Shown: piece by piece, positions 61,015 through 64,000 of the stretch | Layout of the letters: every line of letters starts with the position of its first letter | How positions within the stretch are numbered: the first letter of the stretch is position 1 | Assembly: GCF_009914755.1 (NCBI RefSeq) | Contig: NC_060930.1 | Origin: the human T2T-CHM13v2.0 reference genome, Homo sapiens | Length of the DNA: 64,000 bases | Reading direction: 5' to 3' (one strand) | Translations under genes and position numbers: made by a program | Notes under the pieces: model-generated | Told to the model about the DNA's origin: nothing | The model's database searches: none | What the model saw: only the letters and a program-made list of their open reading frames with translations

Positions 61015-63309
61015 GATGTCTACAACAAGATGACAAAAATTTTAGAGTTATCTGACAAATATTTTACTGCCGCCATCATAAAAATGATTCAAAGTGCAAT
61101 TATGAACAAACCTGAAACAAATGAAAAAATTGCAGGTCTCTGCAAAGAAATAAAAGTCTCAGCAAAGCAATGCAAGTATAATGAAGAATCAAATGGAAAT
61201 TTTAGAACTGAAAAATGTAATAACTGAAATTTAAAATTCAATGAATAGGTTCAACAGCAGAGTGGGAGAGACAGAGGAAAGAATCAGTGAACTAAAGAGA
61301 GGACAATAGAAATTACCCAGTCTGATTAACAGAAATAGACAGGAAAAAAAATTGAAAGGAATCTCAGAAACCAGGGAGACTATAATAAAAGATGTAACTT
61401 TTTTTTTTTCCATTGGAGGTATGAAAGGAGAGGAGAGAGAGGCTAAAACTGAAAAAATAGTCAAAAAATAATAGCTGAAAATTTCTCAGATTTGGCAAAA
61501 GACATAAATCTATAGATTCCAGAAGCTGAGAAAACTCCAAGCAGGGTAAACCCAAAGAAATCCATACCATGACACAGCCTAGTCAAACTTCTGAACACTA
61601 AATACAAGTAGTAAGTTGTGAATGTGCTCTTCTGTACATTTTGCTTGTAGGAGGTTAGCCACGTAGTGGTTGGAAAATGCATGAACTCTGAGGTCGGGGG
61701 ACCTGGTTTTGAACCTGGGATTTGCTGCTTCCAACGTATTCATCATAGGGCAAATTACTAACTCTCTTTGAGCTTTGATTTTTCATCTGTAAAAAATGGA
61801 ATAATATGCTTCCCCTGCCCCCATGGAACTATGGTGAGAATTAAGTGAGGAAACATATGTAAACTCAGGCAGGATTTCTATGCTGTAGTCTTGAGACCAA
61901 AGTCTTTTTTCTTTGGGTAACCTCAGTTTTTGCTCCTTGGCCTTCACCTTATGGGATGAGACCCATTCATATTGTGGAGTACAATCTGTTTCACTCCAGG
62001 TCTACCCATTTAAATATTAACCACATCAGAAAGATGCCTTTACAGCAAAATGTAGATCGGGGTTTGACAGAACAACTGGGGAACATAGCCTCATCAAGTC
62101 AATAGATATAATTAACCATCGCATATAGAGAAATTAATTTTACGTTTACTGAGGTTGTATGCTTTTTAAATGTTCAAGATAAGTTTATTACATGCAAGTT
62201 TTCCAAACTAGGCAACTACCTGGGGGCATAGTAAACTGTCCAAAATTGAGATATTAAAATAAGTGATTCATTCTTGTAAACATTACAGAATCATGTACTA
62301 TTATCTTTCAGAAGTTCAACTGTATGGCTCTGCTGACCTCAGGTAACTGTCTACTGCCTGACTTACAGTGATGTCAAGGCCTGCAGATGGGGAGGCCTGC
62401 AGAGCAGCCTGTTGTATGCCTTGCAAAAATACTTGGTAGACAATTTATTTTTTCTCATACAAATGCACTGACCACTTAAGTTACGGTAGAGCCAATTTTG
62501 ATGTCTTCAGGTATGTAGGGAAGCATGTCTGGAGCTTGAGATGCCTGGCAATGCATATTTACATTTACTAAATTTAAATTATTAATTTATTTATGATTTA
62601 ATAGCATTTGTAGATCAGTGCCCTAGGCAGCTCTAGAGCCAACTTCGCCTAGAACTGGCTCTGTTGCAACATATGAGGTTGGCAAATCTGGCTAAAACAC
62701 ATCGAAGGTGACTATTTCCCGAGGAATTCTTTGTCCATGAGGGGACTTCCAAACCATGCCTGATTCACTTCACATCCACCTAAGCTGGAAGTCCTACACT
62801 CCTGGCCTGAGCAGAGGGAAATGCTTTGGAGACAGAAATTTAGACAGAGGAAGCCATTCGGAAGGAGACTCCAAGAAGCAATACTTTATTTTTGTCATTT
62901 AGATCTAGAAAAAGCCTTGACAAATATGAATGAGGTAATTTTAATGAAAGTTTGTGGTGACAAAAAATAATGAGAAAACCCAAATCATGAAAGAATATAA
63001 ATGAATCAATTTTATATGGCACAGATCAGAGTGTTTTCATAGTCATTTAATAGAATTGGGAGCTGTTTTAGAGTCAACTAATCCAGGCTCCTTGTTCTGA
63101 GCCTAGAGAGGGGCTGTGCTTGACAATTAATTAATTGATTGCTAAACAGTGGCCAAACCAAAACAAAGACCAGGTGTCACAGCTTCCAGCCCAGGGCTTT
63201 TTCTACCATATGTCATGTGAAATTATTCTTTAGTTCTATTCTTTTAGAGAATTCCTTTAAGACTCAGCTTTATAAAAATGCAACTTGGCTTCAAATTATA
63301 AAACTTTTG

Positions 63310-63735
<426 letters not shown>

Positions 63736-63789
63736 CTATTGGATCCCTAGAGTACATCAGCTGACCTCGAGGATGAAGCCTGTCCCTGA

Positions 63790-64000
63790 ACTCATTCATT
63801 CAACAAATATTTATTAAGCACTTACTGTGTGCCAGGTAGCATGCAAGGTACTGGGATTACAGACAATTAAGAGATGATTTTTGCTCCAAAGGGGCTTAGT
63901 TTGGTTGGGGAAAATTACAGGTAATCAGATACATTACAATGGTGGTATAGTTGGTGCTGTAATAGTGGAATAATATGAACAGAGGGCTCTAGACTCTAAA
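63790..64000 (-). mobile_element. L2 3' end
   Basis: CATTCATTCAACAAATATTTATTAAGCACTTACTGTGTGCCAGG. Confidence 0.8.

Larger units (their letters stand above)
58470..61610 (+). mobile_element. Old L1M 5' UTR and ORF1 remnant, split by two LTR insertions
   Basis: CTTCTAGGAAGATGGAGTAGAC start; 61020-61600 ORF1-like (GAGGAAAGAATCAGTGAAC, AAATTTCTCAGATTTGGCAAAAGACATAAATCTATAGATTC). Confidence 0.75.

Overview
Primate (human-like) intergenic, repeat-rich DNA with no recognisable protein-coding exon; nearly all ORF-track calls are Alu, L1 or LTR artefacts. The window is dominated by three co-oriented HERV-H (LTR7) proviruses within 45 kb: the 3' end of #1 (1-1650), #2 (23748-29591, TSD ATAG) and #3 (39252-45018, TSD GTAAA). 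The two complete ones are the ~5.8 kb pol/env-deleted type. They have different flanks, so they integrated independently, yet their LTR variants are shared across proviruses in a position-matched mosaic (5' with 5', 3' with 3'), and the U3 block is far more uniform than the rest of the LTR. This points to inter-proviral gene conversion. Between #2 and #3 lie a perfect 64-bp AT-rich palindrome and a MER41 element with two intact GAS motifs that looks like an L1-made retrocopy (5'-truncated, ends at the poly(A) site, A-tail, 16-bp TSD). The rest is Alu, old L1, MaLR/ERVL/ERV1 LTRs, MIR/L2 and DNA-transposon relics. Repeat subfamily names come from recall of consensus sequences, not from a database search.
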